Assembly (NCBI GenBank): GCA_964354225.1
Contig: CAYGZC010000028.1
Span: 4,536 to 68,535, forward strand
Reading direction: 5' to 3'
Source: an uncultured Chlorobiaceae bacterium
GTDB lineage: Bacteria; Bacteroidota; Ignavibacteria; UBA10030; SZUA-254
Length of the DNA: 64,000 bases
Shown here: one piece after another, positions 49,576 to 59,390 of the stretch
Layout: every line of letters starts with the position of its first letter
Position numbering within the stretch: position 1 is the stretch's first letter
Position numbers and translations under genes: made by a program
Notes under the pieces: generated by a model
Databases searched by the model: none
What the model was told of the DNA's origin: nothing
Seen by the model: the letters and a program-made list of their open reading frames with translations, nothing else

Positions 49576-50540
49576 TTTATCCTCATTTGATCTAATAATA
49601 CTGCAAGTAAGATAACTACACCAAGAACTACCATTTGAACATACGATCCAACATTGAGAAGGTTCAATCCATTTCGCAAAACACCGATGAGCATTGCGCC
49701 TAAAAATGTTCCAACGATTGAACCTCTGCCGCCAAACAAACTTGTTCCGCCAACGACAACCGCTGCGATAACATCCATCTCGTACATCAAGCCGGCATTT
49801 GGTTGGCCTGAGTTCATTCGGGAAGCTAATAACACGCCACTAATTGCAGCAAGAACTCCACTTATCATGTAAACATATAACAAGGTTCTGCTTACATTGA
49901 TGCCGGCAAGTCGCGCAGCTTCTTTATTTCCCCCGACGGCATATACATATCTACCAAACTTGGTATGTTTCAGAATGGTGAATGCAACAATGTAAACACA
50001 GATCATTATGATAGTAGAAATCGGAACGCCAAAAACTCTTCCACTTCCGACAAAACTAAATTCATCCGGTAATCCCCAAATAGGTCTGCCATCAGTATAC
50101 ATGTATGATGAGCCGCGCCAGATCGTCATGAGTGCGAGGGTTACGATGAATGGTGTGATATTGAATCGTGTTACGAATAGCCCTGCGATTGAACCCGATA
50201 GAATTCCAATCACTAATCCAGCAAAAAGTGCGAGTGGAAATGAAACCGTGAACGGAAGATCTAGTTTCAATATACTCGTAGCGATTACTCCGCTGAAAGC
50301 AACCATTGCACCGACCGATAGATCAATCCCGGCTGTGAGAATAACAAACGTCATTCCTGCCGCAATGATTGCAGTAATGGATGTTTGGAGTGTTACATTC
50401 AGGATGTTGTCGGCTGTGAAAAAATATGGTGATAGTGATGAAAATATAGCTATTTCGACAAGCAGAGCTATTGTGATTCCAAATTCGCCTATGATAGTTT
50501 TGAATTTTTTTGTTGAAGGTAATTTCTCAGCCATTGCCAA
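49572..50540 (-). CDS. Sugar ABC transporter permease (RbsC/AraH family)
   Basis: 322-aa polytopic protein with conserved blocks GGIDLSVGA-like (AGIDLSVGAMVAF) and VVGGTSLFGGRGS. Confidence 0.9.
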   Translation of the reverse strand: MAMAEKLPSTKKFKTIIGEFGITIALLVEIAIFSSLSPYFFTADNILNVTLQTSITAIIAAGMTFVILTAGIDLSVGAMVAFSGVIATSILKLDLPFTVSFPLALFAGLVIGILSGSIAGLFVTRFNITPFIVTLALMTIWRGSSYMYTDGRPIWGLPDEFSFVGSGRVFGVPISTIIMICVYIVAFTILKHTKFGRYVYAVGGNKEAARLAGINVSRTLLYVYMISGVLAAISGVLLASRMNSGQPNAGLMYEMDVIAAVVVGGTSLFGGRGSIVGTFLGAMLIGVLRNGLNLLNVGSYVQMVVLGVVILLAVLLDQMRIK

Positions 50541-52035
50541 CCTCTACTTTTTCACCTGTGGCAAGTGTCATTATTCTCTCCTGAGTTGACTCGCTTCGAG
50601 AGAGAATACCTGTGAGTTTTCCTTCCCACATTACCGCAATCCGATCACTGATGCCGAGAAGTTCGGGAAGATCGGATGAAATGACAATAACACCAATGCC
50701 ATCCTTCGCAAGCTGGTTGATGAGATTGTAGATTTCGTACTTTATGCCAACATCGATACCAACGGTTGGTTCATCGAAAATAAGGAGTTTTGATTTCGTA
50801 AAGAGCCATCGGGCAAGAACAACTTTCTGTCGATTGCCTCCGCTTAAGTTTTCAACTTCCTGTTCTATAGACGGTGTTTTAATTCTCAAGTCGTTCGTGA
50901 ATTTCTTGCTAATCGAATTTTCTTTTGATCGGTTGATGAATAATCCTTTTACGACATCATTAAGATTTGAGAGAGATATGTTTTCCCTCACGTTCATCTG
51001 CATGATCAAACCATACTTGTTTCGATCTTCCGTGAGAAGACCAATACCAAGATCTATTGCTTCACGAGGCGAGCGAGGATGAATTTCATTTCCTTCTAAA
51101 TATATCGAACCGCTTTCTTTTGGATCGGCACCAAATATGATTCGTGCAAGTTCGCTCCTTCCTGAACCAACAAGTCCAGCAAGTCCAAGTATCTCTCCTT
51201 TGTGAACGGTAAGGTTGACATTTTTCAACAAACCACCGCTGATATTTTTTACTTTGAGAATTTCTTCCCCGCGCTGTAATTCGATTTTTGGATATTCTTG
51301 CTCAAGTTCTCTGCCAACCATCCATCGTACAAGACTTCTACGATCTGACTCCGTCACATTACAGCTATGGATAAATTTTCCATCTCGCAAAACCGTAAGC
51401 CGATCTCCGATTTCAAATATTTCTTCTAAGCGATGAGAGATATAGATGATCCCGACGCCTTCGGTTTTTAAACGACGGATAACTGCGAAAAGATTTTTCA
51501 ACTCATTCTCTGTGAGTGCTGCTGATGGCTCGTCCATAGCAAGTATACGTACTTTCTTCGATATAGCTTTTGCGATTTCAACAATTTGCCGTTGTGCAAC
51601 ACTTAACGAACTGATCAGAGCGGTTGTAGGAATTTCTTCTCCAAGCTGAGCTAAAGCAGTGCGTGCAATTTCGTGCATCTTTTTAAAGTCAACAAACGGA
51701 GATTTTTTTTTAGTTGGTTCATTTCCAAGAAGAATATTTTCAGCGACAGTCAATTCCGGAACCAGCTTGAATTCCTGATAAATCATTCCGATTCCTGCTC
51801 TTTGGGAATCTGCAGGTGAATGGAACTCTACATCTTTCCCTTCGATTAATATTGAGCCACTATCTTTCCGAATCGCACCAGAAAGGACTTTCATAAGTGT
51901 GGATTTACCTGCACCATTCTCACCGAGCAGGCAATGCACTTCACCAGCACGAAGCTCAAAGTTCACATCCGACAATGCCAGCACGCCGGGGTACTGTTTG
52001 CGGATGTTTTGCATTTGGAGGAGAGGCGTCACCAA
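50527..52035 (-). CDS. Sugar ABC transporter ATP-binding protein with duplicated ABC domains (RbsA-like)
   Basis: Walker A GENGAGKST and GLVGSGRSE; signature motifs LSVAQRQ and LSGGNRQK. The track start is a TTG, and an ATG at 52014 is an alternative. Confidence 0.9.
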   Translation of the reverse strand: MVTPLLQMQNIRKQYPGVLALSDVNFELRAGEVHCLLGENGAGKSTLMKVLSGAIRKDSGSILIEGKDVEFHSPADSQRAGIGMIYQEFKLVPELTVAENILLGNEPTKKKSPFVDFKKMHEIARTALAQLGEEIPTTALISSLSVAQRQIVEIAKAISKKVRILAMDEPSAALTENELKNLFAVIRRLKTEGVGIIYISHRLEEIFEIGDRLTVLRDGKFIHSCNVTESDRRSLVRWMVGRELEQEYPKIELQRGEEILKVKNISGGLLKNVNLTVHKGEILGLAGLVGSGRSELARIIFGADPKESGSIYLEGNEIHPRSPREAIDLGIGLLTEDRNKYGLIMQMNVRENISLSNLNDVVKGLFINRSKENSISKKFTNDLRIKTPSIEQEVENLSGGNRQKVVLARWLFTKSKLLIFDEPTVGIDVGIKYEIYNLINQLAKDGIGVIVISSDLPELLGISDRIAVMWEGKLTGILSRSESTQERIMTLATGEKVEVGNG

Positions 52036-52157
52036 TCCCTTCTTTTATTCTTCCCCCTAAGAAGGTGGAGAAAAAACAAGCCTGCCCATCCTCCTCTTAC
52101 CATGGTAAGGATTATAGAAAGGGTCATATTTTTGCATGAGCTCATGTTCAAGTTCGT

Positions 52158-53078
52158 CTACTTCGCGATCACTTGTTGTAAAGCTTCCTTATCAGCAATA
52201 CCAACCTCGACAGGAACAACTTTTGGAACGGAAACACCGATAAAGTAGTCATGTATTTTTTGGATAGTCATCTCGCCGATCTTTTTTGGATTCTGGATTA
52301 CGTCTGCTCTTAATTGTGTATCTTTGAGAATAGCATCGCGGGCGGGTGGTGTTGCATCGTATCCGACAATCTTTACATTGGGACGTTTGTATTGCATCAC
52401 CGCATCCAATGCACCAAGAGCGGAATCATCATTGATACCGAAGATACCGTCAAGGTCTGGATGTGCTTGTAAAATATCTGAAGTAATCTGCATCGCCTTA
52501 TCGCGGACACCTTCAGCATTCATGTCGGCAACAATTTTGATATCGGGATACTTTGCAATTACTTCTTTAAATCCTTGTGTCCGATCCAGTACTGATGTTA
52601 CCGTCGGCTGACCGATGATTGCGACTTTTCCTTTGCCATTCAAAACTTTTGCAAGATATTCTCCCGCTAACTTTCCACCGGCGATATTATCCGAAGCGAT
52701 GTGGCTGACGATCTCACCTTCCTGCGAGGCAATGTCAGCAGTGAAGACAGGAATCTTAGCATCATTCGCTTTTTTTATTGCCGGACCGACACCGCGCGAA
52801 TCTACCGGACATACGATGATGGCATCGACTTTTCGTGTGATGAAATCTTCAATCTGGTTGCTTTGCTTCCCGAGATCAAAATCACCGGCAGTGACAATGA
52901 GTTCGTAACCGTTCTTCGCGGCTTCGGTTTTTAGACCTTCTTCCAAATCTTTATAGAAAACATGCGCACGAGTGAGAAGTGAGACACCAATGGTTTTAGT
53001 GGATTTGGAATCTTCTTTCTTCCAACAACTGACAAGAAGCAGAATAAATACCAATGTAACTGTTAAAACATATTTCAT
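52158..53078 (-). CDS. Periplasmic sugar-binding protein (RbsB-like)
   Basis: Lipoprotein-type signal (LLLVSCW) and periplasmic binding protein type I architecture (IGVSLLTRAHVFY..., DAIIVCPVDS). Confidence 0.85.
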   Translation of the reverse strand: MKYVLTVTLVFILLLVSCWKKEDSKSTKTIGVSLLTRAHVFYKDLEEGLKTEAAKNGYELIVTAGDFDLGKQSNQIEDFITRKVDAIIVCPVDSRGVGPAIKKANDAKIPVFTADIASQEGEIVSHIASDNIAGGKLAGEYLAKVLNGKGKVAIIGQPTVTSVLDRTQGFKEVIAKYPDIKIVADMNAEGVRDKAMQITSDILQAHPDLDGIFGINDDSALGALDAVMQYKRPNVKIVGYDATPPARDAILKDTQLRADVIQNPKKIGEMTIQKIHDYFIGVSVPKVVPVEVGIADKEALQQVIAK

Positions 53079-53241
53079 ATATCTTCCTAAAAATATTATG
53101 TTACTTTTTATTTTGCGTACCTTAGTGTTCTCTGTGGTTTTATTTCACCGCCAAGAACACAAGGGATCGTTGAGCCATTGCGCTCATCAAGTGCAACTCA
53201 CTTCTAACCTTGAAGCTAACCTGAAAGTGAGTCGCACATCG

Positions 53242-54201
53242 TTAAAATTTCCCCGTTTTCCACTTTTCGGCATACTCTTCAACATTTTCTTTGGTAATGA
53301 TATCAAGTCCGGAATCAATGACGGATTGAGCGGGAATTTTTCCTTCCTTAAATTCTTTCAACAATCGAACGCTTTCATATCCCCAGCCCCAAAGTTTTTG
53401 TCCCATCAAAACTTGTACATAACCTTGTCGAACATAATCAAGTTGTTCAGGTAATGCATCTATGGAAACAACGAACAGATCACCCGGTTTCTTCGCAGCA
53501 AATGGACCGGGAGGTGGTGTAAACAACGCCCAAGCACCGGGTAAAATCCAACCTTTAAGATCAGGATGTGCTTGCATTGCCGCTTCCATTACGCTCACGC
53601 CTTTGTTAACATCGTCGTAACAGTATTCTGTTGCAACAACTTTAATGTCGGGATAAGATTTGAGATACTCAAGTATTCCCTGTCGTCGTTCTTCAAGATT
53701 TGGTGCACCCGGTGTGCCCATCAGGATAGCAATATTTCCTTTCGTTCCCATCATATTCACAAGTCGTTCTGCCATTTGCTTTCCGCTCGGGAAGTTGGCT
53801 GTTCCATAGTAAGCGAATCGCTTGCTTCTCGGCGCATCTGAATCGAAGCAGACCACCGGAATTCCCGCATCTACAGCTTTGTTAATTGATTCAGTAAGAG
53901 CGTCAGCATCATTTACAGAAACGGCAATGCCGTTGACCTTCTTCTCGATCAAACTTTCGATGATTTGCGCTTGCTCGACTGCATCAGATTTTACAGGTGC
54001 AAAACGCTGGACTTCTATTTTTCCAGCGCCTAAATCTTTCGCCGCTCCTTGAGCACCTTGCCATGCCACCTGAAAAACCGGATTGTCCAAAAGTTTCGGT
54101 ACGAACGCAAAAACCAATTTCTTCTCTTCCTGCTTCTTGCCGCAACCGGAGAGAAGAAGAATGACAGCAACGATGATAGATAGATATTTTTTCATTTGCA
54201 T
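53242..54201 (-). CDS. Second periplasmic sugar-binding protein (PBP type I)
   Basis: Lipoprotein-type signal (LLLSGCG). The sequence LVFAFVPKLLDNPVF...NGIAVSVNDA is typical of sugar ABC binding proteins. Confidence 0.8.
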   Translation of the reverse strand: MQMKKYLSIIVAVILLLSGCGKKQEEKKLVFAFVPKLLDNPVFQVAWQGAQGAAKDLGAGKIEVQRFAPVKSDAVEQAQIIESLIEKKVNGIAVSVNDADALTESINKAVDAGIPVVCFDSDAPRSKRFAYYGTANFPSGKQMAERLVNMMGTKGNIAILMGTPGAPNLEERRQGILEYLKSYPDIKVVATEYCYDDVNKGVSVMEAAMQAHPDLKGWILPGAWALFTPPPGPFAAKKPGDLFVVSIDALPEQLDYVRQGYVQVLMGQKLWGWGYESVRLLKEFKEGKIPAQSVIDSGLDIITKENVEEYAEKWKTGKF

Positions 54202-54273
54202 TTTCTCAAGTTATTATTTCAATTTTCCAGTTTGACCCTCTCCCGATTCGGGGGAGGGATTATAGGGTGCAGA

Positions 54274-55218
54274 TCACCGTTTCGTTTTTCTATCCAATAT
54301 AACAGCTAACAAAATCACAAGCCCAATCGCAACTTGCTGCCAATATGCGGAGACATTTAAAAGCACTAAACCGTTTCGCAATATCCCCATCAACAGTGAA
54401 CCGATGATGGCACCGAGAATTGTTCCCCTACCGCCGCTGAGACTTATTCCACCAATTACAGCTGCTGCAATAACATCAAGCTCGTAACCAAGTCCGGCAG
54501 TAGATTGACCGACACCGAATCGCGCTGTGAATAATACGCCTGCAATTCCAGCACCAAAGCCACACAAAGTATAAACTAAAATTTTCATTCTTCCAACATT
54601 CACACCGCTGAAGTGTGATGCTTCCTCATTCCCGCCTATGGCATAGACATAGCGTCCCCATTTTGTTGCTTTCAAGAAATATCCAATAACGAATGCGAAA
54701 ATCGCCATGGCGATGATTGGAATAGGTATGCTTAAGAATGTTCCTTGCCCGAGAGTCAGAAACTCTGCCGGTAAATTTCTGATAGTCTCACCGCCTGTTA
54801 GTGCGAATGCCAAACCGCGAGCGATACTCATCATTCCAAGCGTTGCAATGAACGGGGGAAGCTTTGTTTCTGTAATCAGCAATCCATTCGCTAAACCACA
54901 GAGCAATCCAACAATTAAACCGATTAAAGCCGATGAAGTTATATCAAACCCGTTATTCAGTAACACAGCAGTGACGACACCTGAAAGTCCAAGGATAGAA
55001 CCAACCGATAAATCAATACCGGCGGTAATAATAACGAGCGATTGACCCACAGCCATGATGGCGATGAAGGAAAGTGCTCTGATTACCTGAGAGATGTTAG
55101 ACCAATTTAGAAAAGTTGACTCGAATAAGCTTTCCCCGCCAAAGGATGACGTTAGAATCGTGAGAAGGACGACTTCCACGATGAGAGCGAGCCAGATGCC
55201 GAGACGTTTGGATTTCAA
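54274..55218 (-). CDS. Second sugar ABC transporter permease (RbsC/AraH family)
   Basis: 314 aa and paralogous to 49572-50540 (AGIDLSVGSILGL, VIGGISLSGGRGT). Confidence 0.9.
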   Translation of the reverse strand: MKSKRLGIWLALIVEVVLLTILTSSFGGESLFESTFLNWSNISQVIRALSFIAIMAVGQSLVIITAGIDLSVGSILGLSGVVTAVLLNNGFDITSSALIGLIVGLLCGLANGLLITETKLPPFIATLGMMSIARGLAFALTGGETIRNLPAEFLTLGQGTFLSIPIPIIAMAIFAFVIGYFLKATKWGRYVYAIGGNEEASHFSGVNVGRMKILVYTLCGFGAGIAGVLFTARFGVGQSTAGLGYELDVIAAAVIGGISLSGGRGTILGAIIGSLLMGILRNGLVLLNVSAYWQQVAIGLVILLAVILDRKTKR

Positions 55219-55481
55219 GAGTTTGAATTCGTTAATTCGATAACTTTAAGTTGCATTATCTTACAAATAAAAGAGGGAAAAATCAATTACTAGAGAGATT
55301 GGAACGAAAAGTGTGGGACTTTGAGAGAAATTTAAAAGTTGGGATTGATCCGATGCATTTGGATTGATAATTCACATTTTAAAACTTATTTTGATTAGAA
55401 TATAGCATGCAGGGAGGTGAAGTGCAACACGATCCCAATTATGATTTCAATTTGAACGAACAGATAATCAAAGTCTCTTGA

Positions 55482-57728
55482 TCAGACATTAAACAAATAA
55501 GTTACTTTAGCAATAATCGTCCGGTTGTTGATGCGGGGCGAATGCTGAACATCCCATTGCTCGTTGTAAACGAGGTAAATATCGGAGTTTGGCAGGTACT
55601 GGTAATTGAAAAGAAGATTGATGTTCAAATCACGGTCGGTATCGTTCCATTGTACAAATAGCTTGCTGAACATTTTCGTGGTCAGCCCCCAGTTAATCCT
55701 GCCGATCAGCAGGTTCGTTGCAAACTTTCCGTTATCGACCGGCAAATTGATATCGTTGCGCTGGTACTGCATATCGAACTTCCAGTGCATCGACGGTTTC
55801 CACACCGCTCCTAACTCGATTGTTTTAATAGTTCCATTATAAAAATTACCGATCTTACCGGTTACCTTACTGGATAAAACCTGACTTCGATCCGAGTAAT
55901 AATCGGCAACAAGACGCGTGAATTTGTATGTCCCCTTCGGTACGACAGTCTCATTGCGAAGATAGAAAGCCTCATCGATAATTTCTGTTTGAAAAGGAAC
56001 ACCGACAAACAACTCGCTCCCGTTGCCAAACACCGTATAGCTGGCAAGAAGATTATAGCCTGATTGTAACGACCAATCCTGATTATTGTGATAAATGAAT
56101 TCACCGAAAAGATAAGTTTTGCGGATCCCAAGAATTCCGGGGCGTGTAGCCACTGCCGGATTAATGTAGATCTTTCGTATACCTGTGCGAGGCATGAAAC
56201 CAACTTCCGGATTGAATCCTTTATCGATAACCAGGTACTGCGCCTGAAGTTCCACATCATCCGTCATATAATTCAGATCGATATTCGCTGCACCATTATC
56301 GCGGATTACACCGTAATCGAATGTCTTCGCTGCAAAACCGCCAAGCTGAAGCTGTTCGGCAAGATAGAAATTCCAATCGGTTCCGATCGTACGATTATAC
56401 ATATCCCTCCCTGCCTGTTTATTTATACCGATCATTCCGATGCTGGATTGACCGAACACTGGTTGCTTCACGCGGAGAACGGAGACATTCGTCAGCGGCG
56501 TTTCAACCGGATTGCTACTCTCGTCAAACATTTTTTTCTTCTCGGTCCAGATGCTCAGCACACCTAGATCGGTTCTACCGATTTTTCCGGTCGTGCGAAT
56601 ACCACCGAGGAGTGGAATCTTCACGCCTCCATCTTTCGACAAACCGATCCTGCGGCTGAAGAACAGAAGCAATGCGTCGTAGTTTCCAGAGAACCTCTCA
56701 CCGAACCAGAAAATACCCGCACCTTCTAAAAAGAAATCCCGTTTCTCTGGGTAAAACAAATCGAACCGGGTGAGATTGATTCTTTCCTGATCGGCTTCTA
56801 CTTGCGCGAAGTCGGTGTTTACAGTGAGGTCGGCAGTAAGGTTCGGCGTGATACTGTACTTCAGATCGAGACCGGTATTGGAGATGCTGTTTTTACCGGT
56901 GAATCTATCGTCTTCCATTCCACCCGCAAGGTACGGTTTTACCTGAAGACCGCTTCCCTGCGAAATATTTTTAAAGCCGGAGATATGCCCGAACTTGGAC
57001 ACTCTATACTGACCGAGGTAGCCATAATCCCTCAAGACCGGTGTGGAAAAAATTTCCTCGCGGTTCCGCATGATGAATCTGCCAATGTTTATACCCCATT
57101 CGTCCTCTCCATTTTCATCGAAGCGCAGTGTTCGAAAGGGAATCGCGAATTCGGCTGTCCATCCTAACGGATCGATCTGCGTCGCACAAAACCAGACGCC
57201 GTTCCAGTCCCAGTTTAAATTTTCACCTTCATTGCGTACGAGTCCGTCACGCTGTACCCCCAGTGGATTCGTCGAAAAGAAAAAGGCGTTACGTCCATCG
57301 TTGAAAGTATCAAGAATTATTTCAATGCGATCATTTTCGCCAAGTTCAACATCACGCCGCATCTCGTTGGCAACAATTTGATCCACTTTAGAATCGTAGC
57401 ATTGAATGCCGATGTATAAATTATGTGTGTCAAAGGCGATGGCAACATTTGTAGATTCCGTTGCCGATAATCCTTCATTCGGTTCACGTTGGAAAAAAGT
57501 TGTTATTCGCGATGCACCAATCCAAACTGAATCATTAAGCAAGCCATCCACCATCGGTTCTCCGACACATTGACTTACTGTTAATAAAGGTGGGGTATTT
57601 TTTTCACCCTGTGTTTGTGTAAAACCGAAGTAATTAAAAAATAATGCTAATGAGATAATTATTGTCTGTTTTGGGAAGATGGGAATTGTTGTAGATGCTT
57701 TATTAGTAAAGATTCTAGTTGTCATCAT
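55482..57728 (-). CDS. CBM9-like / DUF5916-like secreted or outer-membrane protein
   Basis: The N-terminal VDGLLNDSVW...FFQREPNEGLSATE...LYIGIQCYD...DRIEIILDTFNDGRNAFFFSTNPLGVQRDG pattern is followed by a long beta-rich region ending in F-x-V. Confidence 0.65.
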   Translation of the reverse strand: MMTTRIFTNKASTTIPIFPKQTIIISLALFFNYFGFTQTQGEKNTPPLLTVSQCVGEPMVDGLLNDSVWIGASRITTFFQREPNEGLSATESTNVAIAFDTHNLYIGIQCYDSKVDQIVANEMRRDVELGENDRIEIILDTFNDGRNAFFFSTNPLGVQRDGLVRNEGENLNWDWNGVWFCATQIDPLGWTAEFAIPFRTLRFDENGEDEWGINIGRFIMRNREEIFSTPVLRDYGYLGQYRVSKFGHISGFKNISQGSGLQVKPYLAGGMEDDRFTGKNSISNTGLDLKYSITPNLTADLTVNTDFAQVEADQERINLTRFDLFYPEKRDFFLEGAGIFWFGERFSGNYDALLLFFSRRIGLSKDGGVKIPLLGGIRTTGKIGRTDLGVLSIWTEKKKMFDESSNPVETPLTNVSVLRVKQPVFGQSSIGMIGINKQAGRDMYNRTIGTDWNFYLAEQLQLGGFAAKTFDYGVIRDNGAANIDLNYMTDDVELQAQYLVIDKGFNPEVGFMPRTGIRKIYINPAVATRPGILGIRKTYLFGEFIYHNNQDWSLQSGYNLLASYTVFGNGSELFVGVPFQTEIIDEAFYLRNETVVPKGTYKFTRLVADYYSDRSQVLSSKVTGKIGNFYNGTIKTIELGAVWKPSMHWKFDMQYQRNDINLPVDNGKFATNLLIGRINWGLTTKMFSKLFVQWNDTDRDLNINLLFNYQYLPNSDIYLVYNEQWDVQHSPRINNRTIIAKVTYLFNV

Positions 57729-57747
57729 GAATTTTAGAAAGATAATG

Positions 57748-58806
57748 TTAATTAATATTCTCAGACATATGGCGCAAAGATTGTTTCTTACCGCGTCGGA
57801 TAAAAATTAATTCTGTGACAATACTGATACCTATTTCCTCTGCTGAAACAGCTCCGATGTCGATACCGACAGGTGCGTGAACGCGCTTGAGTTGTTCATC
57901 GGTAATACCACGCTCACGAAGATGCTCGTACGTTGTAAGGACTTTTCGTTTACTGCCGATCATACCAATATATTTCGCTCGTGTTTTTACAGCTTGCTCT
58001 AAAATTATTTCGTCAAATTTATGTCCGCGTGTAACAATAACGATGTATGTGAACGGCTTGATCGTCAGATAGGAGAAGGCATCGGCGAAATCGCTGACAA
58101 CGGTTTGAATCGCTTCGGGAAACCGTTGTGGATTGGCAAATTTTTCACGATCATCTACAATCGTCACTTGAAATCCCACCATTGCCGCAGTACGAGAGAC
58201 AAATTTCGATACATGACCGCCGCCAAAAATAATGAGACTTGGACTGCCCATGATCGGCTCAAAAATCCATTCGCCTTCATCCGTTTTGACACGCTGTGAT
58301 TCGTTTCGACTGGACGCCTTTTCAATTATCTCTTGCATCTGCGGTTGATGGAATCGAATTTCAGATTCAAGTGTCTTTGTCGGATCAATAATCTTTTTTT
58401 GTTTGACAAAACTATCCGATGAAATAAAAGTTGCAAAGATACAATCCTCGCCATCAGCGCATCGAGTCTGTAATTCTCGGAAGATAGGAATATGATCTCT
58501 CGTCAACGGCTCGATTAGAACATCGAGACTTCCTCCGCAAATTAATCCCGCTTCAGCATCATCTTCGTTGAGATGGAATGTCAATATCTCGGCTTTGTTC
58601 GCTTCAAACAATCTGTTAGCGTGAAGTATAACCTCACCTTCCATACACCCGCCGCCAACCGTCCCAACCGAAACCGTGCCGCCTTGCTTCACGATCATCT
58701 TTGAAAGTGCAGACGCCGGTGTCGAGCCGCTCGTTGAGATGACGGTGGCAAGCATGATTATTTCTTCATGCTCGAGGGCGGATAATATTTCGTGGTAAAT
58801 GTTCAA
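57748..58806 (-). CDS. XdhC/CoxI-family molybdoenzyme maturation protein
   Basis: N-terminal XdhC_CoxI-like LATVISTSGSTPA...GGCMEG and a C-terminal Rossmann-like LIIFGGGHVS. TTG start. Confidence 0.8.
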   Translation of the reverse strand: MNIYHEILSALEHEEIIMLATVISTSGSTPASALSKMIVKQGGTVSVGTVGGGCMEGEVILHANRLFEANKAEILTFHLNEDDAEAGLICGGSLDVLIEPLTRDHIPIFRELQTRCADGEDCIFATFISSDSFVKQKKIIDPTKTLESEIRFHQPQMQEIIEKASSRNESQRVKTDEGEWIFEPIMGSPSLIIFGGGHVSKFVSRTAAMVGFQVTIVDDREKFANPQRFPEAIQTVVSDFADAFSYLTIKPFTYIVIVTRGHKFDEIILEQAVKTRAKYIGMIGSKRKVLTTYEHLRERGITDEQLKRVHAPVGIDIGAVSAEEIGISIVTELIFIRRGKKQSLRHMSENIN

Positions 58807-58892
58807 ATGAAGTTAAGATTCAAGACGCACGATTCATGATTATCTTCGGCCAGAGAGTAATCTTGGCTTTCTTCTTTTAGGCAGAAGTGAAT

Positions 58893-59351
58893 TTATTTGC
58901 CAATGTCTTCGTTCCACAATTTAGGATGTTCTTTGATAAACTTGTCCATCATATTAAAACATTCTTTTAGATCAAGATTGATGACTTCAACACCATGTTC
59001 ACGCATGAATTTTTCCGAACCGGCAAAGGTTCTTGCCTCGCCGACCACAACTCTCGGAATATTGAACTGAACAACTGCACCACCGCAAAGATAACACGGC
59101 ATCAAGGTCGAGTACAAAACAGTATCTCGATAATTTCCGACACGCCCCACATTAATAAAACAATCTATCTCAGCATGTTTCATCGTGTTACTTTCCTGCA
59201 CGCGCCGGTTATGTCCTCGTCCGATTATTTTTCCATCGCGCACCAAAACCGAGCCGATTGGAATTCCGCCTTCCGCCATTCCTTTCCGCGCTTCCGCAAT
59301 CGCTTCTTGCATGAACTTATCCACAGGAGATTTCCTCATTTCGCTTTCCAT
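58893..59351 (-). CDS. Cytosine deaminase of the small CMP/dCMP-deaminase (yeast Fcy1-like) type
   Basis: Zinc motifs HAEIDC and PCYLCGGA. The C-terminal part IPRVVVGE...FIKEHPKLWNEDIGK closely resembles my recollection of the Fcy1 C-terminus. Confidence 0.75.
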   Translation of the reverse strand: MESEMRKSPVDKFMQEAIAEARKGMAEGGIPIGSVLVRDGKIIGRGHNRRVQESNTMKHAEIDCFINVGRVGNYRDTVLYSTLMPCYLCGGAVVQFNIPRVVVGEARTFAGSEKFMREHGVEVINLDLKECFNMMDKFIKEHPKLWNEDIGK

Positions 59352-59390
59352 TGTCTCTGTGTTCCGTGCGCTTTCTGTGATGAAAAGAAT

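Noticed and set aside
50008-50589. 193-aa plus-strand ORF, and other plus-strand ORFs across the ABC operon (e.g. 52972-53454, 54707-55045)
   Set aside because: They are antisense to well-supported permease, ATPase and binding-protein genes.
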